Assembly (NCBI RefSeq): GCF_009914755.1
Contig: NC_060928.1
Reading direction: 5' to 3' (one strand)
Length of the DNA: 64,000 nucleotides
Source of the DNA: the human T2T-CHM13v2.0 reference genome, Homo sapiens
A program made the position numbers and the translations under genes. Shown here one piece after another: positions 42,868-54,300 of the stretch. Below the pieces are notes generated by a model, which saw only the letters and a list, made by a program, of their open reading frames with translations, had not been told where the DNA came from and did no database searches. Within the stretch, counting starts at the first letter, position 1; every line of letters begins with the position of its first letter.

Positions 42868-43130
42868 CATTTTAATTGACAAATAAACATTATATACATT
42901 GGTCATGTACAACATCATGTTTGGAAATACACATACATTCTGGAATGGCTAAATTGAACAAATTAACATAAACATTACCTCACATCCTTATTTTTTGTGA
43001 TGAGAACACTTGAGATCTACTCTTAGCAATGTTTAAGAACACAATACATTGTTATAGTCATGTTATACAATAGACCTCTTGAACATTTTCCTCCTGTCTA
43101 ATTGGCATTTTGTATATTTGGACCAACATC
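42868..43130 (-). mobile_element. L1MA-type 3' end
   Basis: ttttaattgacaaataaac...catgtacaacatcatg...ggaatggctaaattg...cattacctcacat...gatgagaacact. Confidence 0.8.
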
Positions 43131-44579
43131 TTCAGAAGCCTTCTGGGCCTCCCCAAATTTCTTTTCTTTGTGACAGTTTTTCAAAACAAAATCATATTAA
43201 TAAACTATGGGTGAGGGAGTGGAGTACACACAAAAGCTTAAAAATTGAGATGTTTATAACATCATGTTTCTGATCCTATTTTGAGGGGTCTAGTCACAGA
43301 TTCAATTAATAAATATAAAATAAGAGACATCCAACTCCTTTTCATCTTCCCTGCTTCAGGCTTGTTTTCTTTGTTTCTCTGTGGCCATATGATGAAATGA
43401 TAGTTGCTGTCTTCACTTTCCATTAAAATAAGTTGAATTTCTCATCTTTTCCCGTTTCAGATGCCATTGCTTTTGGAAAAGCACTGGAGTTTCTATTTGA
43501 TATTTAAGGGATATCTTCAGTTCTTAGTTTGTCTACAGAATTGAATTAGCAAAGAGTCTTTCTTACCTTTCCATATATGATTGATTGGTTGTGACTGCCT
43601 AGAGTACTGGATTGAGATGGCATCTGGGGGTGAACACAGGTGATTAATTAATAATGTCTGCCTTGGGCTTCACAAGCAGCAGTTCTTTCTTAATCCCAAT
43701 CAATGGTAAAGTATATGTTTTGATTTGATTTTTGTTTCTACTCAGGTTATCAGCATGGGGAATTCCAGTGGTTGTCTTTTTTATTTGTCCTTCAGATATC
43801 ACTGTGGTGGTGAAGGGCAGTTCTAAGTATATATTAAAGTATTATACATATATTAAAATTAATATATATAATTTTCTCTCTAGTTGAATTAAAGCCATCT
43901 TAAGAGGGAAAAGATTCTCTCTACAATGTATGAGGCATTAAGTAGACAACAAAAGCTAAATTCTTAGGAGAAATTTCCTTTTTTATGGTTCATTTCAGTA
44001 AGTCATTTTGATTTCTTAGCAAATGAATACGGAAACATTGAAGCTTAAAATATAATATGGAGATTGATGTTCCTGATCCATCCCAATATACACATCATTT
44101 TTTGCTATTGTCTATTCTGTGATGTTTTGAACAATTTAATCAAGCAACAGGATTTTGTAGTGTTTCTTCATGAAAATAACTGTACGTAAGTTCCCCCAGG
44201 TATGCCCTTCTGGTGACTATTTTTGACTTTATATTCGTGGCTGTTGTGCTTCATTTAATTCCCATTGTTCTTTTCATGCTTATACTTTTCATTTTCAAGA
44301 AGAAATGTTTATTTTTAACTCAAATCATGATTAAGAGTAGCATCCAGTGAGACAAATGGCAATCCACTTGGTTCAATCATTTTTGAAGTTCAGTTTAGCT
44401 TTAAGCCACTAAATTTGGGTTAGGTTTAAAAGAGAGAATTTGTCATGATGTCCTTGCATTTGTGTCTAGTAACAACGGCAAATGTTTTATGATTTTTGTA
44501 CAGTACTCAGGATCTTTGAGGGCTTTGGTGTCAATTTTAATGTAGACCCCAAAGACTGACTGAAACACAAAGATGGATT

Positions 44580-45920
44580 GAAGCATTCATTCACTTATTC
44601 ATCAGTTTGCCATTTATTTAACAATTATTTGAGCATTCACTATATTCTAGTTCATCTGGTGGGTTCCAGGGAGTCTATTATGGTGTAGAACACTGAGAAG
44701 TAATAAAAACAAGGTCTACATGTGATAAGGGTCATGTCCAGGATGGTATCATGCAAGGGGAACTTTCAGAGCGGGGTGGTGGTGGCACCAGGGAAGCCTT
44801 TGTAGAAGACCTGAAGGATAAATAGAAGTTAACCATGATGTCCAGGCAGTGGGAAAACCACAGGTGAAAGTCCTAAGCCCTTCCAGCTACTTTAAGAAAT
44901 CCAATTGCTTCCCATAAACATATTTAGGCTCCTGGAATTTGTATCAGAGCTAAAACAATCTCTATTACATCCTTTGTTATTTTGGACCTAGAGGATTGAT
45001 TCCCTTGTCGGCACCACATTTTGATTTATTCTTCAAGAAAAAGGTGGTATGGTGGAGAGTGAGGGGACAGAAAATGAACTGAGGAAACTCATCTGTTTTC
45101 TTTAGTTAGCAGTTACTTTTTCCCCCTTATTGTAAGTCACTAAGATCTAATTATTTAAATATTTTTCGTTATGTAGTTTTTGGTAAATGCACATGTTTGC
45201 AAAACCTTCTATATGTCCTTCTCTGCATCCTAGCTCTTGTATGAATCTTTAGCTATCTGGTATATTTTTTTACCATTTTATAGTTTTATGCTTTTTGGTA
45301 GTTTTATGCCTTAGGAGGTGTTCATGCATTCGACACGTAACTGTGTATTTAATGGCCACTCTCTGCTACCTCTGCTCAATACACTGGTTAGAAGGCCTCC
45401 ATCCTCAAGGTGCTCATGTGCCAAAGGGGAGACAGAGAAATGACAAGGAAAACCGAATACAAAAGGGATTCTCGTGTGCTGTGGAAAAAATAAAATAAGG
45501 AAATATGATAGAATGTGGTGAGGGATGAAGGATGGTTCTAGTAAGGGAGGCCGAGGCGGGCATCTATAATAAGGCAACATTTGAACTGAGAATTGAACTG
45601 AGAATTGAATGGTGAGAAATTAGCTGTTCAAAGATGTGAGGGAAGTGTTCAAGGAAAGGTAGGCAGGGATTGTTAGGGGCCATATAGGCCGTGACAAAGA
45701 ATTTGGATTTAACTCTGAGTGGAAGTGTTTAACTATTAGATAGTTTTAGAATGGTGGTAACATGACTTGATTTGCTTTCTAAAAGAAAATGCTAATGCTA
45801 TGGAAAGAATCCATCATATCACTGTGCTAGGAATGAAATCAGAGATTAGATTAAATAGAAGGCTATGATAGTAATCAAGGAAAGCGATGTGATTACTATG
45901 ATAGTAATCAAGGAAAGACA
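44580..45920 (-). mobile_element. L2 fragments (about 44580-44880 and 45330-45920)
   Basis: cattcattcacttattc...ttattttgagc; ggcaacatttgaactgaga; ggccatataggccgtgacaaagaatttggattt. Confidence 0.6.
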
Positions 45921-46534
45921 CTGGATTTGCACTGTGTCTTCTACAGAGTAGGCACTCCATGAGTTCTAAAGGTATTGCTCATTCTCAGTACACTTAGTTT
46001 TATGTGAATTTGTGTGTGTGTGTGTGTACGTGTGTCTGTCTGTGTGTATGAACAAGATTTTATTCAAGGTTGAGCCACATAGCTACATAATTTTATGTCT
46101 GACACAGGGTAGAACATGGAGATTTGACTTTTATGATGGAAATGAAAATGTTTGTCCTTGACTCTTGCCCCTTCTCTCTACCACCACCTGTGCTTCCATA
46201 TTCCACTTGCATTCCTCCCATTTATACTTATACTCCCTAATAGTATCCTCCTACCACACTCTTACTTTCAGCCAACCATCCATAAACTAGGAGGTGGTAC
46301 TGACAAATTCATCCTAATTGTGTTCCTGGCTTCCCCAGACCTGAGATGCAGAATATCAGGAATGGCGTGATTGGGACAAGGAAAGTGGGCAGAAACTTGA
46401 AGGCAACAATAGGCTTTGCCACATTTAGCAAGAAAGAATGACACTAAGTTCAATGTTGAACTATCATTGTTACCGTAGGTGAGGTTAGGAAGGGTAGTGA
46501 GGGTGACAAAAAGTTGAACCATCTGCAGCTTGGA

Positions 46535-47279
46535 AGAGTCTAAGGCCAGAGTTCCTAGAGCAGAGCTTGAGGTGAGAATTGTTGCTCAAGTAATTTATTA
46601 TGGAATGCACTCAGGAGAAGGGAAGTGAGGGAAGCAGGATGGGGCAGGGAATCAAGTTCAGTATAAACTGGCTTTGACCTAATCTCATGCAGAAGCTCTG
46701 GAGCACAGACTGAAATACAAAGTTCCCTATGAGTCAAGAAGGCTGCCTTTGTTACTCCCTTTCTAGTTAGTCATTGGCTAAGGTTTGTGGTGACCAGCCA
46801 ACATTCAGACCCTGTGGTGGAGTGGGCACAATGGCAGGTATCTTATTCTTCTCAGGCTTCCATAGCAAGATACCATAGACTGTGTGGCTTAAACAACAGA
46901 AGTTCATTTATGACAGTTCTGGAGGCAGGGAAGTCTAAGATCAAGGTGCTGGTAAGGTAGGTTTTGTTCTGAAGCCTCTTTTCTTGGCTTGTAGGCGACC
47001 ACCATATTGCTGTGTGCTCACATGAGCTCTTCTTTGTGTGGATGCAGAAAAAGAGACCACAAATTTTCTGGTGTCTCTTCTTATAAGGGCACTAATCCCA
47101 TTGGATCAGCACCCCATCCTCATGACCTCATCAAATCCTAATTACCTCCTAAGGGCCCTATATCCAAATACCATCACACTGGGTGTTGGGACTTCAACAT
47201 ATGAATTTGGAGGGCACAAAACATTCAGTCCGTAACAACAAGTAAGAGGATTCTTTGTGGGGCACTAACTTCTGCTATA
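46535..47279 (-). mobile_element. Old MaLR LTR (MLT1I/J-like) split by a younger MLT1A
   Basis: cagagcttgaggtgagaattgttgctcaagtaatttatt...gaagtgagggaagcaggatggggcaggg; resumes after 47242. Confidence 0.55.
46839..47237 (-). mobile_element. MLT1A-type MaLR solo LTR
   Basis: taccatagactgtgtggcttaaacaacagaa...cagttctggaggc...tcaacatatgaatttgg...aacattcagtccgtaaca. Confidence 0.85.
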
Positions 47280-47793
47280 GGTAGTGAGGATTAGGAAGGA
47301 TGGCATTCATTGCATCCAGGGAAAATCTAGATGGAGTTGGAAAATGGACAAAGGAGAGATTTGGTAGGATTCAACTTTCACATTCAACATTCACAGCTGA
47401 GCCAATGTAGAGAGCTGAACACGTTAAATCAAGTAAGGGGTGACTGACTTTACATGAGAAAAATGCTTGTTATGTCATTTTATCCTGAAATTATTTAAAT
47501 ATTTAGGACACTAAAAGAGTTCCAGGTTCTAAATCAGGTACACAGCTACAGTTATTGAGGAAATGTTCTGAGAAATGATAAAAATAAATCTATCACTCCA
47601 CTGATTGACTTTAATAATAGCACAATCAGGTTTTTTAGTAAACACTGGATGGCAACACTCTTATGTCCTTTGCTTCATCAAAGAATGTCAGATCTGCAGG
47701 CATATGCTTACATGACTTCCAGTGCCATGGCACTGAGTATTTAAAAAATGAGAAAAGAATACCAACAAATATTTTATCGTTAAAGATGTTGTT

Positions 47794-48153
47794 CTTGCGA
47801 TAGTTTGCTGAGAATGATGGTTTCCAGCTTCATCCATGTCCCTAAAAAGGACATGAACTCATCATTTTTTATGGCTGCAAGGACAAAAAAAACAAGCACT
47901 GTATGTTCTCGCTCATAGGTGGGAATTGAGCAATGAGAACACTTGGACACAGGAAGGGGAACATCACACACCGGGGCCTGTTGTGGGGTGGGGGGAGCGG
48001 GGGGGATAGCATTAGGAGATACACCTAATGTAAATGACGAGTTAATGGGTGCAGCACACCAACATGGCACATGTATACATATGGAACAAACCTGCATGTT
48101 GTGCACATGGATCCTAGAACTTAAAGTATAATAATAAAAAAAAATTAAAAAAA
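47794..48153 (+). mobile_element. Short L1PA4/5-like 3' fragment with a 5' inversion (about 47794-47879 inverted)
   Basis: 3'UTR gtgggaattg...tagcattaggagat...gggtgcagcacaccaacatggcac...agaacttaaagtataat plus A tail; TSD aaagatgttgtt (47782) / aaagattttgtt (48154). Confidence 0.92.
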
Positions 48154-48173
48154 AAAGATTTTGTTTTCTAGAG

Positions 48174-48494
48174 CAGTGGTCCGCAACCTTTTTAACACCA
48201 GGGACCAGTTTCACGGGGTGAGGGGGAGATGGTTTGGGGATGAAACTGTTACACTTCAGATCATCAGACATTAGTTAGATTCTCATAAGGAGCGCACGAC
48301 CTAGATCCCTTGCTGGGCAGTTCACAATAGGGTTTGAGCTCCTATGAGAATCTAATGCCACTGCTGATCTGACAGGAGATGAGGCTCAGGCAATAATGCT
48401 CGCTTGCCTACAGCTCACCTCCTGCTGTGTGGCCCCGTTCCTAACTGGCCACAGACTGGTACTGGTCTGTGGCCGAGGGGGTTGGGGACCCCTG
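48174..48494. mobile_element. MER1B (hAT-Charlie)
   Basis: TIRs cagtggtccgcaacc / ggttggggacccctg; ttagattctcataaggagcg core; tctag-type target flanks. Confidence 0.88.
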
Positions 48495-48513
48495 CTCTAG
48501 GCAGAACACACAC

Positions 48514-48515
<2 letters not shown>

Positions 48516-48571
<56 letters not shown>
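48516..48571. repeat. Pure (TA)28 microsatellite followed by a CA-rich tract
   Basis: 56 uninterrupted nt. Confidence 0.97.
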
Positions 48572-48573
<2 letters not shown>

Positions 48574-50214
48574 CACACCCACCATACACCCACACATACA
48601 CACACCCATACACATATGTGCACTTGCATGTATACCTATAAACACATGCGCATGCTGTCTCATTTCTTTTGTAAGTTTTTGTAGTGTGAACAGTCATGTA
48701 CAGAAAGGATATACCTAGCACGTAGACATACAGCTCAATATAATATCCTGCCGCTTGACAAACCAGCCTATTAGCAATACCTATAAAATAAACTATTTTG
48801 TTTAAAATAAGAAAAAGTAGAATTTAGGTAAATATTGGCTCTCTGCAGTTATATACTGTGTACAGTGGAATCACATCTTGAAAAGGATTTATGTTCTAAA
48901 GTCAACACAAATGGTGACAATTGGTTGTGACCAAATTTCTTCTCAAAGTCCCACAAATCTCTCATAGGTTGCAGTATTTTACCAACATTGCCAGTTTTGT
49001 TTTGTTTTCTTCCCCAGCAATAGGACAGATCACTGTTTCTTTGACTGATTGAGGGGACATGAGGTAGGAAATCATGTGCACTCAAATTCTGGGAACACAT
49101 TTATACAGTGAAATACTCACTCACCCCACCAGACGCCAAGGAAACTGACACTGATTGAAAGCATGGAGATGTATTTGGTCCCCTTCACTCTTGCCCTGGG
49201 AGCGTGCATTCACTGAGTGGATGCATTGTGGTGGAATTGCCTGTGTTATTTAAGTTGTTCCCTCGCCCTCTTTCCTTTTCTCTAGCTCTCTCCTACTATT
49301 TCATTCTCTCATGTTTGCTGAACATGTATAGTAAGGTATTGTAATTTCAAATACATTGCAACTCTGTGGTATGTGGCATCCTCTTTATTTACATCCTTGT
49401 TTATACGCATGCTTATATATTCTTTGTTGAAATGAAGTCACACATCTAAATATCTATGTGTATATGGTTTGACTCTTAGAAGAGTTTTTCAGGAGCATGA
49501 ATTTCGTCTCTGATTGCACCATGTCATACTGTTGTGTTCTTGGCCCATCTGGTTGCAACAAAGAACCATACAAACAGTTGTTGAAACCAGTTTCCTCCTC
49601 TGGAAAACAATTCAAAAGCTACAAGCCCATCAAATGCTGAGAACTGTCTAGCTATGGCGTGGTACAGTAGCCATCATTAAGGTTTTTGTCTTAAGATTGA
49701 TACAAAGGCACAGGTTAATTTCTCAGTTCTGTTTTTGTTTTAGTTTGGAATAACTGTTTATTTAGATTATTACTTTGTTCATTGTTATGTTGGTTTTCTA
49801 ACCAAGGTGATAGCTCTATTTTGTAATCTCACATACCACCCAGCTACCATGGCCTGACTTCAGTGAAAGTATTTTCCCAGCGGAGATTCAGTGAAATCAT
49901 TCTCTGAGAATTTGAGTGAATAAACTGTACTTAGTGTTAAACCACAATTGGTTATGTGTATTTCCTGCCAAGACTAAAAAGTATAAATTCTGAATTTTTT
50001 TTCATAAGGGCAGTTTCAGGTTCTTTCAAGTGTAATGATTTTGACATTGTGTTTAAGAACAATTTTCATGCTAATTGAAGTCTTCTATGTCAAAGGAAAA
50101 AAGTCAAGTTCTTAGCGTACACATTCTTCTTTAAGGCATTAAATGCAATGAAAAAGAAGCCTCTAAAATATTCTTTGTAGAGATTCTTTTGTGATTATTG
50201 CAGAGCTCCATCTG

Positions 50215-51290
50215 TTGATTCAACAGGTTTATTGAGTACCAGGTAAGCACTATTAAAGGCACTGGGTATCACTGGGTATGCACAGCAAGGAAAGCCATGT
50301 CCTTGACCTCGTGAAGCTTATGGTCTCCTGGTGGGGTGATAGACAATAAACAACTAAAGACATAGCAATTTAGAGAAGTGTCAGGGAGACAAAGGACACA
50401 GTTCAGCGATAGAGAATAGAAAGAGGTTACCTGATTCACAGGGTGATTAGTGAAGGTTTTTGGAGGAGACAGATTTTAAGCCAAAACTTAGATAAAAAGG
50501 AGTTGAGCATGAAAAGAGCCCAAGACAGAGTTTTCTAGGCAGAAATCAGCAAGGGATAAAGGAGCTTGGCTGTTTCCAGAACTGAAAGGAGACAAGAGTG
50601 GTTAAGTATGTATGTGTATGGTATGGGGAGGGATGGGGAGAAGGTGGCATGAGATTAGGTTAGAGAGGTAAAGAGGTGCCAGATGATTCAGAGCCTTATA
50701 GGCCATGGTAAGACTCTGGATTTTGAAATAAGTACAGTGGGAAGCCAACAACATTTTCAGATGTTGAGAATCCTTATCTGATTTGAATCTTTAAAAGCTC
50801 GCTTTGGCTGCATTTTAGAGAATGAAATATGTGTGAGCATGTACCTGTGTGTTTGTGTTTATGGCTAAAAATGGAAGCAGTGAGACTCCTTGGAAGGCTA
50901 TTAGAATCATCTCCTCAAAAGATAATAGTGGACTGCACCATAAGGTGGCAATAGAGATGAAGCCAAAAGGATGGATTTGAACTATTTTTTAGAGGTATTC
51001 TGAATTTACTGATTGATTTGATATCCGGGGTGAGGAAGAGTTATGAATCAAATGATCAGTTTTCTGTATATTTTTCTTTGCAACTGGGTGTATCATGGTG
51101 TCATTTACTAAGATCAGGTTTGGGGGAAGATCATGTTTCAAAGGGAGATCGTGTTCACTTTTAGACACTTAGTATGAAACCTATTGCAAAATTGATTACT
51201 TCATCAAACATTGATTGAGCTTCACTGCATGCCAGACATCGTACTGAGTAGTAAGGGTATCTGATGTCCCTACACTTATGGAATTACAGA
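50215..51290 (-). mobile_element. L2 (about 1 kb, fragmented)
   Basis: attcaacaggtttattgagtacc...cttgacctcgtgaagcttatggtct...gccttataggccatggtaagactctggatttt. Confidence 0.75.
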
Positions 51291-52813
51291 GATGATAGAT
51301 TTCAGAGTGCTAGAAGAGACCATAGTTGGAAATAATCCAGCCCAGCATCCTCATTTTAAAGATGAAGTGTAGAATTTTAATCATTTTATTTCTCCAGAAA
51401 TATTAAGACTTCTCTATAAAAATTATGGTTGTTTTAGTAAAACTTAATTTTCCTCATCTAACAATAGTTGTGGCATTTTTTCCCTTAGGCATATAAGTCT
51501 GTTTTCATTTCTGTTTTAATGAATTGTTACAATTAGTCTTCAATTAGCATTAGTAAAGCACTTTCCGATGCATTCTGAAATCATAAAAATATAGGCATTA
51601 TAGTCAGTTCAGTGGGCAATTTGTCATTGACTTCGGTCAGACTTATAAACAACATATGCAAAAGGAATCAGAAACCATGTTCTAGTGTACACACATTTCT
51701 CACTAAGGCATTAATGTACACAAAAGGGGAAATATCTACTTGTATTTTTTATATTATCAATGGTAGGTTGCTAATAACCTTGAAGCATTTTAGAGGGAAT
51801 TTTTCAAACTTCATAGAAAGCATGAATTTGAGAGGAAAGAAAAAATTACCTAAGGGCCCTAAGTAATTTGTTGTGCAATGAATTCTAGATTTGTGTGTGC
51901 ATGTTTGTTGCGGGGGGGAGGGGGGCGTGTGTGTGTGGTGGAATGTTTGTTTTAAGGTCCCATTTAACTTTATAAATTAAGGTGTTTGGTCAAAGAATAA
52001 ATAGGCAGTGATGAAACAGCAAGTTGTGTAGATTTAAGCAGTTTAAATACCAGGAGATGAAAAAGATTATTTAGGGTGGTCTAGCTAAGCATACTTATTA
52101 TCTAAATTACCTTACAGCATTAATTGTTCAGTTAGAGTGGAGTTCTTGGCTCATCATAGTAGGTCGGGTACTGCGAAAGAAAGGAGATGAAAGTTCCTGC
52201 TCTGCAGGGCATAGCAAATTGGAGGCATCAGGCATGGTCCAGTCTGCAGACACACGGGCACACACCTGAGGGGAGAGTGTTTTCTGCAATAAGTGGTTAT
52301 GGTCATGGAATGCCCCATAGAGCAAAGGAAGTGTCCAGACGTATTGTAGAGACAGGGGCCTGTTTTTTAAGAAAGGAAAGAAGTGCGTATTGAATGAGAC
52401 AGAAAATAGTCAAGTGACCTCCTTGAAGTTTAAAAGTAGTTTAAGAGGTGAAGATTAAGGCAAGGATAGTGATAGATTGAAATATATGCCAGTGAAGGAG
52501 GCAAATCTTCTGCAAAGATGGTTGAAGTTATTAAAATAAGAAGTAATTAGAACGAAAGTTCTGCTTCATCCCTGCAACAGGAATGGCAGGACTAAATTGA
52601 GAGAACTTGAAGTGCAATTATGGAAGATTTGACCCTGAGCCTTCAAGGAAGAAACAAAAATGACCAAGGGCTGACAATAGAAACTTCATGGAATTTATAA
52701 GTAGAATTGTATACATGCAAATTGATTAAAAAATAGTGATGAATATAAAGACCAGACAGAAAGACAGCTTGTCTTCCAGAATTGATCAGAAATGATAAAA
52801 CAGGGACTTTGTT

Positions 52814-52893
52814 TATATGCCTGGACAGGAATAATCTACATTTTATCAGATAATATATGCCTGGACAGGAATAATCTACGTTTTATCAGATAA
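52814..52893. repeat. Tandem duplication, 2 x 40 bp
   Basis: tatatgcctggacaggaataatctacRttttatcagataa twice; 1 mismatch. Confidence 0.95.
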
Positions 52894-53578
52894 TCAATAT
52901 CTTTATAACCTCATCAAAGACACAAGAGTTAGAGAGGGCTTCCCAATTCCTGAATAAATGTTTAGAAATAAACATTAGCAAGAATTTGGAAGAAGATTTT
53001 GGGACAGGAAAATCTCTTTTAACCACTTGTCCCTGGCTCCCCCAGAATGTCCACCTTCTCTGTTCTTACTGGGGCAGTTTTAGCATCTCACCTGTTGGTT
53101 AATATTTTTCCAATGAAGAACTCATTTTCTTGCTTATGTATAGGTAGTATGGCCGTATACTCCTTCACACATAACCTTAAAATATTCCTCATCATGTCAT
53201 GACTGGTGCACACCACACCCTCCTGAAGCTTGAGAATGGCTGTAGGAGAAAGGAAAAAACTATAGAAAAAACTAGCAAAAGCAGGTGTTTTTGTTTGTTT
53301 GTTTTCTCTTAAACTTTTTCAGCTGTACGAATCCCTGACCAGCCAAAGAAATTGTTGAGGGAATAGTCTGGGAAACAGAGGGTAGAAACATCTTGAGATA
53401 TGTTCACCTATGTAAGACAAATGTCTTCCATTAAGATTTTCTGAATAGTCTCTTGAAATGGGGACACACGTCAGGCTAGCTCTTGCTCAGGTAAACCTAG
53501 GCCTGCAGGGGCCTGTCCTAGGCTGTGCCCAACAGACACAGAGGCCATAATCTTGAGAGTTATGTTTTAGTTTGTTTA

Positions 53579-53705
53579 TAGAAATTCCTTCTTCACACAT
53601 TGCCTCTAGAACTTTCTCATTTTTCAGTTCTACTTAGGTTTTTTTTAGAAATTCCTTCTTCACACATTACCTCTAGAACTTACTTATTTTTCAGTTCTAC
53701 TTAGG
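53579..53705. repeat. Tandem duplication, 67-bp period (2 x 60 bp plus a T spacer)
   Basis: tagaaattccttcttcacacattRcctctagaactt...tttttcagttctacttagg at 53579 and 53646; 3 mismatches. Confidence 0.93.
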
Positions 53706-53851
53706 GACAAAGAGCACCACTCAGCTGCTGAATTCATTTAAGAAGGCAGGAGGGCACAACAAGCTCTCTCCACGTTTCCTCTGGGCATATTGTTGCCAGG
53801 TCTGTGGTTTGTGTCTAGAAATTTGGCCAATGAGTTGAGGAACATTTTTCA

Positions 53852-54017
53852 CCCCTTCTCCCACTCCCTTCCCCTTCCCCTCTCCTTACCTTTACTTCCC
53901 TTGCTCTCTCTCTCTTTCTCTTTCTCTCTCTCTCTTTCTTTTTTTCTTTCTTCTTTCTTTCTTTCTCTTTCTTTCTTTCTTTCTTTCTTTCCTCTCTCTC
54001 TCTCTTTTTCTTTTTCT
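53852..54017. repeat. (CT)n/(CTTT)n polypyrimidine low-complexity tract
   Basis: About 165 nt, almost all pyrimidine; uninterrupted from 53904 to 54017. Confidence 0.93.
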
Positions 54018-54059
54018 GGAGAAGAGTGGTTTAAAAGGGAGTTGAATATAACAGAGCAC

Positions 54060-54094
54060 CTCATTATTTTCCTTTCTTTTTGTTTGCTAACTAG
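54060..54094 (+). promoter_or_regulatory. 3' splice acceptor: candidate branch point CTCAT (A at 54063), pyrimidine tract and TAG
   Basis: yTnAy motif 32 nt upstream of the exon, T-rich tract 54064-54085, AG at 54093-54094. Confidence 0.8.
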
Positions 54095-54114
54095 GAAAGT
54101 CCATCAGCTTGATA
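54095..54114 (+). other. ARHGAP24: 5'UTR part (20 nt) of the ATG-containing exon
   Basis: Pyrimidine tract ttattttcctttctttttgtttg followed by ctAG at 54093-54094, then gaaagtccatcagcttgata-ATG. Confidence 0.88.
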
Positions 54115-54294
54115 ATGGAGGAGAACAATGACTCCACGGAGAACCCCCAACAAGGCCAAGGGCGGCAGAATGCCATCAAGTGTGGGTGGCTGAGGAAGCA
54201 AGGAGGCTTTGTCAAGACTTGGCATACTCGCTGGTTTGTGCTCAAGGGGGATCAGCTCTATTATTTCAAAGATGAAGATGAAACCAAGCCCTTG
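54115..54294 (+). CDS. ARHGAP24: First coding exon (codons 1-60) of Rho GTPase-activating protein 24 (FilGAP); N-terminal part of the PH domain
   Basis: ATG at 54115 in strong Kozak context (ataATGg). Translation contains the PH-domain motif [36 protein letters not shown], typical of ARHGAP22/24/25; the [20 protein letters not shown] start matches ARHGAP24 as I recall it. Exactly 180 nt, ending at a phase-0 donor TTG|GTGAGT (GT at 54295). Confidence 0.96.
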
Positions 54295-54300
54295 GTGAGT
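54292..54300 (+). promoter_or_regulatory. 5' splice donor TTG|GTGAGT
   Basis: Consensus GTRAGT directly after codon 60; PH-like sequence stops here and the read-through ORF ends at 54330. Confidence 0.93.

Noticed and set aside
48404-48721. YIYIYI-rich ORFs (also 28124-28440) and the S/F/L- and E/R/K-rich ORFs at 53790-54131
   Set aside because: Translations of microsatellites.
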